A stretch of 63,037 nt of DNA, the filler included, from Nemertoderma westbladi (Eukaryota > Animalia > Xenacoelomorpha): assembly GCA_032718475.1 (NCBI GenBank). It is 3 parts of 3 records of this genome, joined end to end, with 100 filler letters (N's around TTAATTAATTAA, not from the genome) between each part and the next. Parts side by side here need not be neighbours in the genome. Positions count along the whole stretch, not along the records: positions 20,846 to 49,189 come from JAUCBJ010006189.1; 2 more parts are not named here. One strand, written 5' to 3'. The notes beneath the pieces were generated by a model, which saw only the letters and a program-made list of their open reading frames with translations, was not told the DNA's origin and did no database searches. Positions within the stretch are counted from its first letter, which is position 1, and each line of letters opens with the position of its first letter. The translations under genes and the position numbers were made by a program. Shown piece by piece: positions 36,397 through 49,289 of the stretch.

Positions 36397-39104
36397 CTGA
36401 AATAAACAAACTTATATACCGCAACTACACGTATAAGAACCCATTTGGTAGTATGGGGGGGAGTTGTATAGTACAAGTACAAATTGCAAATTTTTGTGTT
36501 ATATTTCACCTCGAGCAGAATTTAGTGTGGATGTCAAATTTTAAAACCGCTTAGCGAGAGCTCTTTTAGTTCTCAATATATCGCTGTTTGTCTATACTAT
36601 GGTCTGTCCGTCAAATTGTACTAACACAGACAGACAAACCGACCGACAAACAAATACACAGATTAGATTCCACCAAACATTAAAACTGACATCGGAAAGG
36701 GAATCGGCGACCCCGAAAACCCCCGTGATCTGAGTTTTATCACGGTATCTGCTCCTTCTTAAAAGAAATGATTAACCAATCAGACCTCAGACAGCCAGTT
36801 TTGCGCGGGAAACCAGCAGAGGCATCGATATTTCTCCGCACAGGGGGTTGGCAAATTAATATCCCGCCTAAATGTGAAATTCTCAATTTAGGGAAAGGAG
36901 CAGGTTACAGTGGCACATTATTTTAACCAAAGCAATAAACTAAACACAATAGAACAGGTTACAGTTTTATTTTTGAGAGTAATCAACTGTTATTTGCGCC
37001 CAATTTCCCCGGGAGAGGGATGTATTTTTATTGCGTCCAGTTGTCCCCCTCCTATCTGCTCAATCAATTTTGGAAATATTATCAATCAATTAATTGCAAT
37101 TAAGTTGTGGTTACCAAACAAGTAATTGAAATTGTGAATTTTACAGATCAATTATTCAATTATTTTTTTTTAACATGTAGGAAGAATGTATATTAGCTTA
37201 ACAGGGAGATTAGATTGTATTATTGCACAATGCACGGAGGTCGCGGTTTATTAAGTAAATATATCCTGCTAATTCAATTAAAATTCAATTAATTGCAATT
37301 AAGGGGGCCATTACCCCAAATCTAGATTTGTTTTATTTATAAAGCTACTATTCTGAAATTTTAACACATGATCTATGATATTTTATTATGAAAACATAGT
37401 AGGAGAGTTTCGTAAACAATTTTGTTCGAAAAATATGGCACTTTTTGTGCTGGTCGGTTTTAATTGTGTTTCAGGCTTAATATATGTAAAATATCTCATG
37501 TAGAAGGATCTGTAATACAACCTGGGTTGAAATTCTCGATTCAAGAGGTTCGAACAAAGGACCTACAGTAAACATGTAGACAATCTTTTATGAAAATGAA
37601 AAATTATAGTTTTTTAAAAATTAATGGGGCTTTAGTATGTTCTGACTATATTTTGGTGATCGTACATTTTGTGATAGACAAAGGGTATCAGTTACAAAAT
37701 CGATTCTACAGTAGATGGCCATGTTTTACGAAACCAATTCTCGCGATTGTGCAGACCTAAAGCTGCTGAACATTTTGATATCTGTTTACATGAAAATTGA
37801 GTGAAAAATAAAAAAGGTAGTTTAGGGAATTTAGTGGTGATTATTTACACAAATATTATGTACATTTTTGGACGCTGCCGTACCCTGGGGTAATTTTTTT
37901 TCATTTTTCATATTTAATCGATGAAAAAATTTCAATAAATTTTTATATAGAAAGAAGTAAAACTTAGAAAATTTCAAATTTTGCAACGTGCTGTTTTGTG
38001 ATGAAAAAAATCACTCGTTGGTGAAAACCTATGTAACCACATAAAAGCCTTTCCCTCAAACTACAAAAATAGATAATTTTTTTGATAATTTCGGAAATTT
38101 TCGAAAATTTCACTTTAATACCTTTAATATTACGGTACCCTTAGGCCCCACCAGGGCGTTTAAGTTGCTAATTGGATAGTCAGAGGCTTTAAATACGTTA
38201 GTGAACCTATTTTTAAGCTTCTGTCAACCTTTAACAATCAAATCTTACTTCTTAATTTATTAAAATATCATCACAACCAAATAATAAGAATAAGAATACT
38301 ACAACATTTAGAAACAAAATGTGATAGACTAAAAGGAAGTTAAAAGGATTGTATACCATACCACACCAAACGAGCAATAGTTTCGGTTTCGGATCAGAAA
38401 AATTATAAATTAAATTAATATAATAATGTCATACCTTTTTATTTGTAGCAAATTTATACTTATTATATAGCGAATTAATTGCAATATTATTTAATGTTAA
38501 ACAAAGAGTTACTTGTAAATTATAAAAAAAATTAAGTCAAAACTGAACAACGATAATGTGGTTAAATTTGTTACATAATATTAATTTATACTATCTTCAT
38601 GACACAACAATTGGTAATGAATATTGCATAACTAGGGAGGTCATTGACTGATTAATCATACCAACATCCACTCATGGCGGTACCGAAATCATCAGTTAAT
38701 TATTCCCCATAAACAACCTATGGAATGGAATGGAACAAACCAACACACTACTAATGCAGTACCATACATACCACTGCCAACCAACCAACCAATCACTGCC
38801 ACCTCTAGCACATGCCAACTTGTTATATAATAATTTGGCCAATCACAGTTCCCCTTTTCCCCACATTCCATTCATTATCCATACGATGACCAATAAGATA
38901 GTGTCTTTGAAGTTTGAATATTATATTGGATGAAATAATTATAACCTGTAAGACAAACTAAGTAGAACCATTATTTGTCATCATTTATTCATTAATTTAA
39001 GAACAGAAATTGGTCATTATTCTAAGAACGAAATAGTAACGTTGGTACTGATTTTATTAAATTCCATATCATGATGATCGGCTTGTTGTGCATGTGTTGG
39101 GCAC

Positions 39105-39484
39105 TAGTGTTTAAACGGGATCAGACTTTTCGGGATTTCTGGGATCGGGACCGGGATTATCATTTTCGGGATCGTGAACTGGATTGCTGAATTATTATTG
39201 AATTAAATTCCTTATCGTTAATAGTATATGTGGCGGGTATTGGGCAACACTCACTTTATTTTACACTTCTGAAATATTAGTAAGATAAAGTTATATTAAA
39301 ATTATCTTATAATTGATTACTGGATAGTTTACTGAAATAAAATTCGATATAATCAAAACATTTCCGTTCTGCTGGAACTAATTATCAGATATTCAACAAA
39401 TTGACTTCACTTATATAGTTTGGGATCGGGACCGGGATTGCATTTTTCCCGGTTTTTCGGGATCGGGATCCCGTTTAAACACTA
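39105..39484 (+). mobile_element. hAT-like MITE (cgggat subterminal repeats)
   Basis: TIR tagtgtttaaacgggatc / gatcccgtttaaacacta; second, inverted copy at 59063-59436. Confidence 0.8.
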
Positions 39485-39613
39485 ACGTGCACCCTGTGCA
39501 GCATCCCGGCCCTGGTATATACCTTCCAGAGACCCTTGAATCCATTCTGACAGGAATGCCACAAAATCCAAAGCAAATAACTTGTAAACGTTGTATGGCA
39601 TCTCGGGAAAAAC

Positions 39614-40668
39614 CAAGGTGTACTAAATAACAGGTCATGCAGCGAGCTGATTGCTGGAATTAGCGGAGGCCGATCGTTTCCCCATTTATGACACTATTTT
39701 CATAATATTTCCTTAGAAACCCATCTTATGCAACTTTGGTTAGGTGGATATGATAACTAGGATTCATAGCAATGTAATAAAATGTCTTTCTGGAATTTTT
39801 ATCTTGTAGTTGCCAAGGTAACCGGGTGCAAAGTTCAAACTTTGCGCGCCTGTATTTCAAGACGACAATGGATTCTTTCCTTGAGATTTGGTAGGTGATT
39901 TAAGGAAATGAAAGTCTATCAAAATATTTTACATTTTAATTTGTTTACATTCCCGTTGCCATGGAAATAAGTAGAATGAAAAATTTTAAAAATTGTCTAC
40001 CAATTCTATAAAACACCATTTTTATTCGGTTTGTCAGTCTAAATAATAAGTTAAAATTGCCAACATTTATTTTATAATTCGTCAATTGTGAATCATATTT
40101 TTAAAAGTCAACATTTGCCAATAAACTAAACTGTCCAATCAGAGAGCAAGACATGTGATAGCATGATTTTGACATTCCAGAATATTAAATTTCGGTTAGC
40201 AATTATTAGAAATAAAGGACAGCCACCAGGCATGTTTGTTGAAAATTATAAGCTCTAGTAAATAGGAGCCCAATTTCTATCTGGCGGTCATAATGGGAAA
40301 TTATTGTAATTCCCGTCACCATGGAAACGGGGTTGAAAAAAAATGAAAATGTAAAATATTTTGATAGACTTTATTCCCTTTACTTATATACCAAATCTCA
40401 AGAACAGAATCCCTTGTCGTCTTGAATTACAGGCGCTCGAAATTTGAACTTTGCACCCGGTTACCTTGGCAACTACAAGATAAAAATTCCAGAAAGACAT
40501 TTTATTACATTGCTATGAATCCTAGTCATCATATCCACCTAACCAAAGTTGCATAAGATGGGTTTCTAAGGAAATATTATGAAAATAGTGTCATAAATAG
40601 GGAAACGATCGGCCTCCGCTAATTTCAGCAATCAGCTCGCTGCATGACCTGTTATTTAGTACACCTTG
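39614..40668. mobile_element. Foldback element with ~350-bp TIRs and 8-bp TSD
   Basis: GGAAAAAC|caaggtgtactaaataacagg ... cctgttatttagtacaccttg|GGAAAAAC. Confidence 0.93.
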
Positions 40669-41405
40669 GGAAAAACTGATTCTGAAACAATTCTGGAACA
40701 TTCAATTTATCTCATATAAGTAGCTGGGCAACAATACAATACCGCAGCTATTTTATTAAAAAGTCTTGGAATAGTTTAATTAATAAGCCGATGTCTCCCA
40801 CTTCAATTAACTTACATTTTCATGTTCTCTTTCATATTTTCGATTTATTTCCTCTAGTAATCGGGTGCAGGTTCCCTCGATGCATTTCAGTTGGTTTTTC
40901 AATTTAATTACTTCTTGGCGCTCATCTTCTACACTCTAAAGATATAAAGTTTGAAAAGAGAAATATTTATTTAGTTCAAGGAAATAAAGCCAGGTAAAGT
41001 TATGGAGTGATAAACACGGAAGGGATACGGTAAGATATGCGAAAATGCGATTCAAACTTATTTTTCACGACACGATATGAAGGTGATTATCAGTAAGAAG
41101 ATTAATGACTGTATCACTATTGGGACTGCGATTCAACTGTTTTTAACTGGTTGAGTATTGCACGAGTGGATCTGGATGACACACTAACTGAATTTCGATC
41201 AACTGAAATTATTGACAAAAGTATTTTATGGAATATATAATAATATTTTATTATAAGATTGAAAAAGTGTCTGTTACATAAATTACAAAAATAAGACTAC
41301 CGGTAATGAGAGAAAGAAAACTCTTTTTGGCATTATAGAGAAAAATAAAGTAATAGTCCATGATAGGATGCCTCGACCGAAAAACTCACAACTAAGTACT
41401 GCATA

Positions 41406-42300
41406 TTGCTGGGAAAGGTTTTTGAGGCTGTCGTCCTCCAGCATTGCAGTAGTGATACCCCCGATACGCTAATGGCCTATAAAAAACATATAGGTTGCGA
41501 TATGGTGGTAGCCCTAGTGCTAGAGGTCATAAAATTCTACAATCTAATGGGTACATCTGTACACATCTGTCATATAGATATTGATAGTGCCTTTGACAAA
41601 GTGGACTTACATATATATACTATTCAAAAGGTTAAAAGAAGACATCAACCCCTATCTCTGCCGATCTCTGTTGTCTTATTTTCAACAAGGCACATGCCTT
41701 ATGAAGTTGGGTTGAGAAGCTAGCACAACCAGTGTCACACTGGCAATCGGTCTCCGCCAAGAATCTCTGTTAAGTCCACCTTTCTTCAATTACTACATAC
41801 AGGATGTAGTCCAAATAACTCTAATTTAGGCTGCAACTTTAATGACATCTGGATTGGGTGCATTGGATATGCAATGATCTGCTCATCATGAGCTCAAGGT
41901 TGAAAGATATACATCATCTGTTTGACCGTGCGAGCATGGAACTTGGAAAGCTGGGACTTCACTGTCATCCTACTAAAACGTCTTGGACCACAATTGGTCA
42001 CTCGGAAGCAACAGGAACCCCCATCCTTGGCACTCGATGGAAAATGCATCAAGCGATCGAGCCACATAACCTTTCTGGGGCACAAGCTCTATCAGAACAA
42101 GACACAAATTAAACCAAGATTAATACAGAAAATAGCAAATGTACTTAACATCTTCCACAGTAACGGATGGACAACAAGAGAGCTCCCTATCGATACCATA
42201 TCGGAGTAATTGTGTACAATAGCAAAACCTTTTATCATGTATGGTACAGAATGTAACTTGGGAACAATGTCATCCACTTACATTAAAGCTATAGACTGCT
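41406..42300 (+). mobile_element. Degenerate non-LTR retrotransposon RT fragment
   Basis: LGKVFE, DIDSAFDKVD, GLRQESLLSP.FFN.YI, CIGYA.DLLIMS spread across frameshifts. Confidence 0.8.
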
Positions 42301-42825
42301 TCTAATGCTAAAGCTAACGCTATACGGTAGGTGTAAACGTTGTATTGTTGGGCGAATTGTATTACGTTATTTGTTGTGATGTCATTAGATAGGCGCTAAA
42401 ATATTTCTCGACTGCTTTCTATTTCTAATAATTAATTGTTTAAATCTCAATTGGAATAAATAAATACAGTATTTAGGCTAACTCTATTGTAACCCAGTAG
42501 CGTAGCTATAGTTAGCGTTGCAATTCTGGAATACTAAATAAATTAGGTAGTTAGCATCCAAATTTGTATAATTAAAAAATTAGCGTAGCTCCATACAAAT
42601 TAGGTAAGTAAAATTAAATATTAGGCTGCATAGCCGAGAATAGTTTAGTTATTTACATTTAGATAATAAATTAGTTGATTATTCGACGTTAAGCGGTTGT
42701 CTTAAAGTTGGGTGGGTTTCGCGAGTTTACATTAATCGGAAGCATAGCAGGCAGTAATTCTGCTGACTACAGTCAGCGAAGCCACAATACAGGCCGCAGG
42801 GATAGTCATTTATAAGTTTTAGGTG

Positions 42826-43875
42826 TAGCAATCAGATCAGTATACGATGGTTCGACAACATTTGTGTCTACTGTTGATGGTGACACAGAACCATTTGAAG
42901 TGTTATGGGGCGTCCTCCAAGGAGACACACTTGCACCATTCTTGTTCATTATTGTGGTTGACTATGTTCTACGCATGTCCTTAGATCATCATAATGATGA
43001 TGGGGTGATGATAACTCCACCTACTGGCTCCAGAAGTCGAGGAAATCCTGCCAAGTACCTAACTGATCTAGACTTTGCTGATGACTTAGGAGTACTCTCA
43101 GAATCATTAGAGGGAGCCCAACGGCTCCTCAGCTCATTAGAACACGCTGCTTCTAGTGTTGGTCTTTTTATTAACTCCAGAAAGACCAAAATTCTGACAG
43201 TTAACTTTGAAAGTCCTCAGCAAGTCTCTGATCGGATGAGCATAAGCTCAAAGGATGGTATGCTTGAGCATGTGGACGACTTCTGATACCTGGGATCATG
43301 GATCCGGAAGTCAGGTGAGGACCTTCGAATACGTAAGGGAAAGGCATGGGCAGTTCCAGGATTTGGAAGTCACCGAGAATTAATCGGAAACTTAAGGTCC
43401 GATTATTTAGAGCAGCAGTAGTTCCAGTACTCCTCTACGGGAGTCCATGCTGGGCTCTAACTGCTGAGGACACCAAATCTCTGGATGGCACATTCACAAG
43501 AATGCTACGCCGGGTTCATTGTGTCAAGTACAATGCACACATCTCCAACCAGACACTATAACATTGGAGGTGTCTCATTGGTTCCCCCAAGCTTGACACT
43601 AGAACAAAATCGCCTCCGCTTTGCAGGACATTGCTTTCGCCGTGAGGACCAGCCAGTGCATAATCTTGTACTTTGGCAACCTCATGGAGTGAATAAGCAT
43701 GGTGGACAGCCCATGACTTTCTTGAGACGCATCTTAAAGGACACTGGCCTTAAAGATGCGGATGTTCTAGCAAATGTCATGGGTGATAGGGAGTTGTGGC
43801 GGTGCAATTTTGTTGACAAGCCGGCACAGCATTCCTAAAAATGCAGCTACAATGCAGCATGCCGATCCTAGTAGT
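42826..43875 (+). mobile_element. 5'-truncated RTE-clade LINE
   Basis: GVLQGDTLAP, DLDFADDL, F*YLGSWI, LLYG, RFAGHCFRR; 3' end gccgatcctagtagt. Confidence 0.93.
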
Positions 43876-44930
43876 TTAGGTGTTGGACAAATAAAACATT
43901 CTCGAACAAATATTCGATAGCCTAGTGAACTACCCACATTCCCAGCGATTAGTGAACAGGCCGAGTGCTTAGGGCCACCTGCACTCATTTTCGTTGCTTA
44001 GGAAGTCAGGACAGGATTGTTTTGCTTGATTTTAATTGCTGTGATTCAACAGTAAAAATACTTTGTTCTATTAGTGAAGAAGCTATTTTAACAAAGGGCA
44101 TTACGTAGTCTCATGGCAGTCGGGAACTAGGTTAGCAACAATGTCCTGGGATCTCTATTTCACCCCCTCCATCTGTCCTGTTGCGCCTTTCAACGGGCTT
44201 TAACTCTTTCGAATAGGATCAAAACGTCATCAAATATCCTACTCGGTAATGTCTTGGTGAACCTTCTTGCTTCAAACAAGGGCAAAACCCACCAAGATCT
44301 TAGTAGTACCTATTAATTGCCGCGTTAAGGAATGGTTCGCATTGTAAGAATTATCCTCGCTTCTCAATAGTGAATACGATATTCAAACACTAAGTGCACA
44401 TTCCTGAAAGATTTCAAAATTAGTGTTCAGGTCGCAATGGATACATCATTCATCAGGAAATGCTTCAGTATGTCCATGGGGTTTGCATCAAAGCATAATC
44501 TACTGCTTCAATATTATGGAATATGAGCCAAGCAGACTCCATATCAACATGCACACAAATACTAACACACACAATTTCACTATTGAGACAGTACGCTATC
44601 CTATAAACACGGTAAATAATTGCTCTACAGTACCTATTAAACTCAGAACTATCACGATCCCGGCGAGCAACTATCATTATACCACATATTTTAAACTGTC
44701 ATGTTGTGCCACTAATTCGTAGCATGGCATCAAAAATGATGATTTGTAGACTGTAGCCCTCCCTACCTATATTCCATTGTGTTTATACTGCCGTAAGCGG
44801 TTTCTACTTCAGTGCAATTTTATGCTTTGTATTGTCTATGTCTAGTCTATGCATGCATATATCATATAAATTTATGCCACTTAGTGGATTAAAGAAACTC
44901 AACAACAACAACATATCAAAAGTAACAAAC

Positions 44931-45089
44931 CTGATTTTTCTCAGCTCTAATTCTCACTATGTGGTCCTGCAGTCTGCCTATCTCCCCGCTGATTGCACCA
45001 TCGTCACCGCGAATAATCCCCTCCAACTCGCGAATACGGGAATCCTTCACTACTAGTTCCTTGTTTTCCTCTTCCAACCGAAGAGTTCT
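44931..45089 (-). CDS. Coiled-coil exon, probably of the TNIP2-like locus
   Basis: cttcag|RTLRLEEENKELVVKDSRIRELEG...RAEKNQ|gtttgt, 159 nt, phase 0-0. Confidence 0.7.
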
Positions 45090-45601
45090 CTGAAGTAAAA
45101 GGTATAAATAAAAAAATTAGAGAACATTTACTGACATAAAGCCCTCCCATCGTAGGTAACTTACCATAATTCAAGAACAAACACCGATTTTGTCTACAGC
45201 CTATACCTTTTGTTTGTACAATCTCAATAGGCCATCTAACCCCTAAATAAAGTAAACCTCACCCTCACACTTAACCTGTTATCTGCTTACAGTATTCTAT
45301 TTGCGACAAATATGCGATTGAATGCTGGGTGTTTGTGCTTTGGTCTACTGGGATTATATGACCCAGCTGATTGCCATGACACACAATATGCTTACCTAAG
45401 TCTATAGATTATTATAATAGTGCTATACAGAATGCATTCAAATTTAAAATTTTATAGTTATTGCCAATTATTTGACAGTATCGGGACAAAATTCTAACTT
45501 TAACTCACCAGAACAATTATCATTAAGCACCCCCCCCCCCCCCCCCCGCGCCAATGGGCCAATGGCAGGTTCCATATAAACTATGTAATATATAAACTAA
45601 C

Positions 45602-45776
45602 ATCCAATAACTCGACGTTCTCAGGACATCTTTCGTACTCCTTGACCTGCTCCCTCAACTCGATCACCTGTCTGATCAGGTCGTTCTGCAGGTCGGGGTT
45701 CATTGGGGGAAGGAACAACAAGCTTTTATTCTCGTACTCTTTGGGTACAGAATAATCGGTACCAAGGTCATTCAGC
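45602..45776 (-). CDS. Coiled-coil exon, probably TNIP2-like N-terminal region
   Basis: ttctag|G LNDLG...PDLQNDLIRQVIELREQVKE...LLD|gttagt, phase 2-0. Resembles the TNIP2 segment PSLVDALLEQVARFREQL as I recall it. Confidence 0.65.
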
Positions 45777-46417
45777 CTAGAAGGTAATGTCACAGATGTA
45801 TCACATATATTATGTCACATATATTTGTTTGCATATAAAATGGTTGTAAATAGTTTGTTTACCATTATCGAGTTCTTTCAGGTTCCTATTTATCAACTAA
45901 AATCCAACACCAACATATATTATTTATTATCCAATAAAACATTTTAACCAAACGCAATGTAAATAATGTATAATTAGGGAGGGGGATGGGGCAATAGTCT
46001 ATGTAATAAAAAATAAAACGTCGTCGGTTTGATAAAAAGACACTTCAAAATTATTATTTTTTCGAAACTTTTTTCCACATCCTGGGGTTGAGCTGCGTCG
46101 ATTGATATAACTTTCTTGACAGACGAGCTATAGTTTCGGAGGAGTTTATATGATATACCGGTACATACATACATACATAGATACATAATACTTTTACATT
46201 AAGAAGTCCTAACGGTCTTCTAATAGGGTTGTTGCGCGAAAAAAGTGTTGGGCTAGAAACATTCGAATAAGGGGTAACAAGGTGCCCTGAATCGAGTGAC
46301 GGGGGGCGTTTTTTGTAAAAACACGAGAAAACGGTCGAAATGGCGGGTTTAACTACGAGCGGGAAGCCAATTTTGAAAATCGGCTGTGATTGGCTGCTAC
46401 ATATCTGACGTCACAAC

Positions 46418-47716
46418 TAGTGTTGAGAACTGTAACTGTAATTATACTGTAACTGCAACTGTAACTGAATGATTTTGATGTTTTTTTGATACTGTAACTA
46501 TAACTGAAACTGTAATTGCGAATTTTTAATACTGTAACTATAACTGTAACTGTAATTGCGAATTTTTAATAAGGTAACTGTAACTGAAACTGTAATTAGG
46601 AAATTTGAATACTGTAACTGTAACTGAAACTGAAATTACTAAAAATCGATTCAGTTCTCAACCACACAATTAACATGAATGAGCACTTGAAACAGTATTG
46701 TAATAGTTTAATAAATTAATAACAGTGGTCGATATGGGTATCATTTTTAAAACATTTTTGTATTTTTATTTATTATTATCGTTTTGAACCTTGATAGTTG
46801 TCAAGTGGCCCAAAGACCCCTTGCACACTTATCTCAACTGTGATTTATTTGGCGAGTCAAGCATCGAGTAATGAACGAAGATCTAGCATATACTGTAGTT
46901 ATAATTAGTCATGTTTATCTATCTCAACTACTGTATTAGACTACATATGAGCCTTATAAGCAAAGCACTCTTTGCTTCCTAAATATCGCATATTAAATGT
47001 AAATGTTTTAGATAAACAAAAATATAGTTAATGGTAATGGTCGGTAGAGGGATATAACGGATATATAATTTATATTATAAATTATTAATGTTACTGGTAA
47101 TATTAATATCACAGGGGATATCACACTAGAGGTACACTGGAAATTAAATTTTTATCAAGTTTACCATTATAAATTACAAAATTACAATTAAACTTAAAAA
47201 GTGAAAGGAGTAATGAGGTGGGTCTAATCAAAACTACAAATATATGCTTACTACAACAAATTATAAATTAAGGAAAATGATGTGCAGGTTTCAGAAGCAT
47301 GCCCTTTATAACCAAAACAATAAAAAAAAAAGTAGCGAAAAAAAAATATTACGCTATTACGTTACGGTTTACGGTAAAAATATACAGTAATATTACGTTA
47401 CGGTATTGAAAAAGCTATTACGTTACGGTTTACGTTACGGAAAAATATTGAGCTACGGTATTCCTGAAAAGATACCGTAACGTAACGTAATGACATCCTT
47501 GCTCATTGGGTGAATGACTGCACTGTACCCCGCCCCAATGAGACTGAAATTATTTCAATGACTGCTTACTATGTGGGATAATATATTGAATCTATAACTG
47601 AAACTGTAACATAAATTTTATCGCGATCAAAACTGAAACTGAAATGCTCAATTTTGTAATACTGAAACTGTAACTGTAACTGAAATTAGTTAAAATTGAT
47701 TCAGTTCTCAACACTA
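46418..47716. mobile_element. hAT-like non-autonomous element with 8-bp TSD
   Basis: GTCACAAC|tagtgttgagaactg ... cagttctcaacacta|GTCACAAC; actgta/actgaa subterminal arrays. Confidence 0.9.
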
Positions 47717-48319
47717 GTCACAACGCAGTGCTCCGTCCGATAATTTCTTATATTGGTTTCTATGGAGGGTGATTTTAGATCCATTAAAATACACATTTAA
47801 TCTCAATAATTTCATACGTGGCTTATATCAATTGAAAGCAGAGAGTCTTGCGCGTCTTTTGACACTGCAATTAAATAAATATTCATGGTGATTAACATTG
47901 ATTAAATGAATACATTTACAATTATAAACTCGCAGAATGCCTGACTGGTATGCAAGCACTCAACCACTTAGTAGTCATATATTCCAATACTGCAATGCAA
48001 TACAGAGGCGTAGCGAGGGGGGGGGGGGGGGGTGGGTGGGGGATGGTCCCCCGGGCGCACTCAGCCAGGGGCGCTGAAATGCCAGGCAAATGTGAGGGTA
48101 TTCTTGTAAAAATAGGACAAATCAGTAAAAAGTCAGGGATTGTGATACAGTTGATACAGGACATGTGTCATACGCGAGAGTCTGGAGAACAATAAATGGA
48201 TTACAAAAAACAAATTTTGTTTTCCAAAGTTTGTAAAGTCGTTCGAACGAGTTTGCAAAAGTCTGGGAAACAAAAAAAGATTACAAAACTGGCCGCTCAG
48301 AGCCACCATACTTTTCTGT

Positions 48320-48990
48320 TTTGGCTCTATTTTTCGTCTTTAGAATGCAATCTAGCATTAATTAGAACCGTGTTCGTCTGAGATTACGAATCTGAAAACC
48401 GTTTTAAATTTCACCAAAAATTGCCAAGTTAAAAGCAAGCCGTTAAAAATCGTCTATTTAGCAATATTTAGCCACCTTCCTCGGCTTTATTTTTCGTGTT
48501 TTGAATCTAGATCTATCTAGATAATCTGGATATCATTTGAACCGACTTCGTCTGCAGATTCCGAATCTGAAAACCGTTTTAAATTTCACAAATAACTTCC
48601 GGAGATTTTATCAAATTTAAAGGTGTTAATTTTGGCACGTAAATCGATATATAATGCTAATGTTTTTTTACTCAATTCTAGAATATAACTAATGAAGAAA
48701 CAAAATGGAGAGTTTTAAAGGAGAAAGCAACTAAATAATAATTAATATTTATTATTCTAGAATTAAGACAAAAAACATTAGAATTATTAGCGATTTACGT
48801 CTTAAAATTGACACCTTTGTATTTTGATAATCTCTTTGGTAATTTTGGTGAAATTTTAAACATTTTTCTTCAGATTCGGAATTCTGCAGATGAAGGCTGT
48901 TCCATGATATTTAGATTACATTCCAAAGATGAAAAATAAAGCCAACATGGATGGTTAAATATTGCCAAATATTAGTTTTTAACGGCTCGT
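48320..48990. repeat. Diverged direct plus inverted repeat (foldback-like)
   Basis: ttcgtctg..agatt.cgaatctgaaaaccgttttaaatttcac at ~48375 and ~48548, inverted at ~48845-48895. Confidence 0.65.
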
Positions 48991-49189
48991 TGTAGCTAAA
49001 TAATTTGAAAAATTCCGGCAAGGCCAGCATAGTAAGAAAATAATTGTACTTTAACTTTACTGTGCTCTATGGAATCGAATAATCATAATATAGTTGAGTC
49101 AATCTAGCAAAAAACCCATTCGCAATCCATCCGAACCACATATTTTGGATTCTACTACCTTGTTAATGCCCAAATAAGTAAATAAAATT

Positions 49190-49289
49190 NNNNNNNNNNN
49201 NNNNNNNNNNNNNNNNNNNNNNNNNNNNNNNNNTTAATTAATTAANNNNNNNNNNNNNNNNNNNNNNNNNNNNNNNNNNNNNNNNNNNN
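49190..49289. other. Assembly gap (100 bp with TTAATTAATTAA linker)
   Basis: N-run. Confidence 0.97.
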
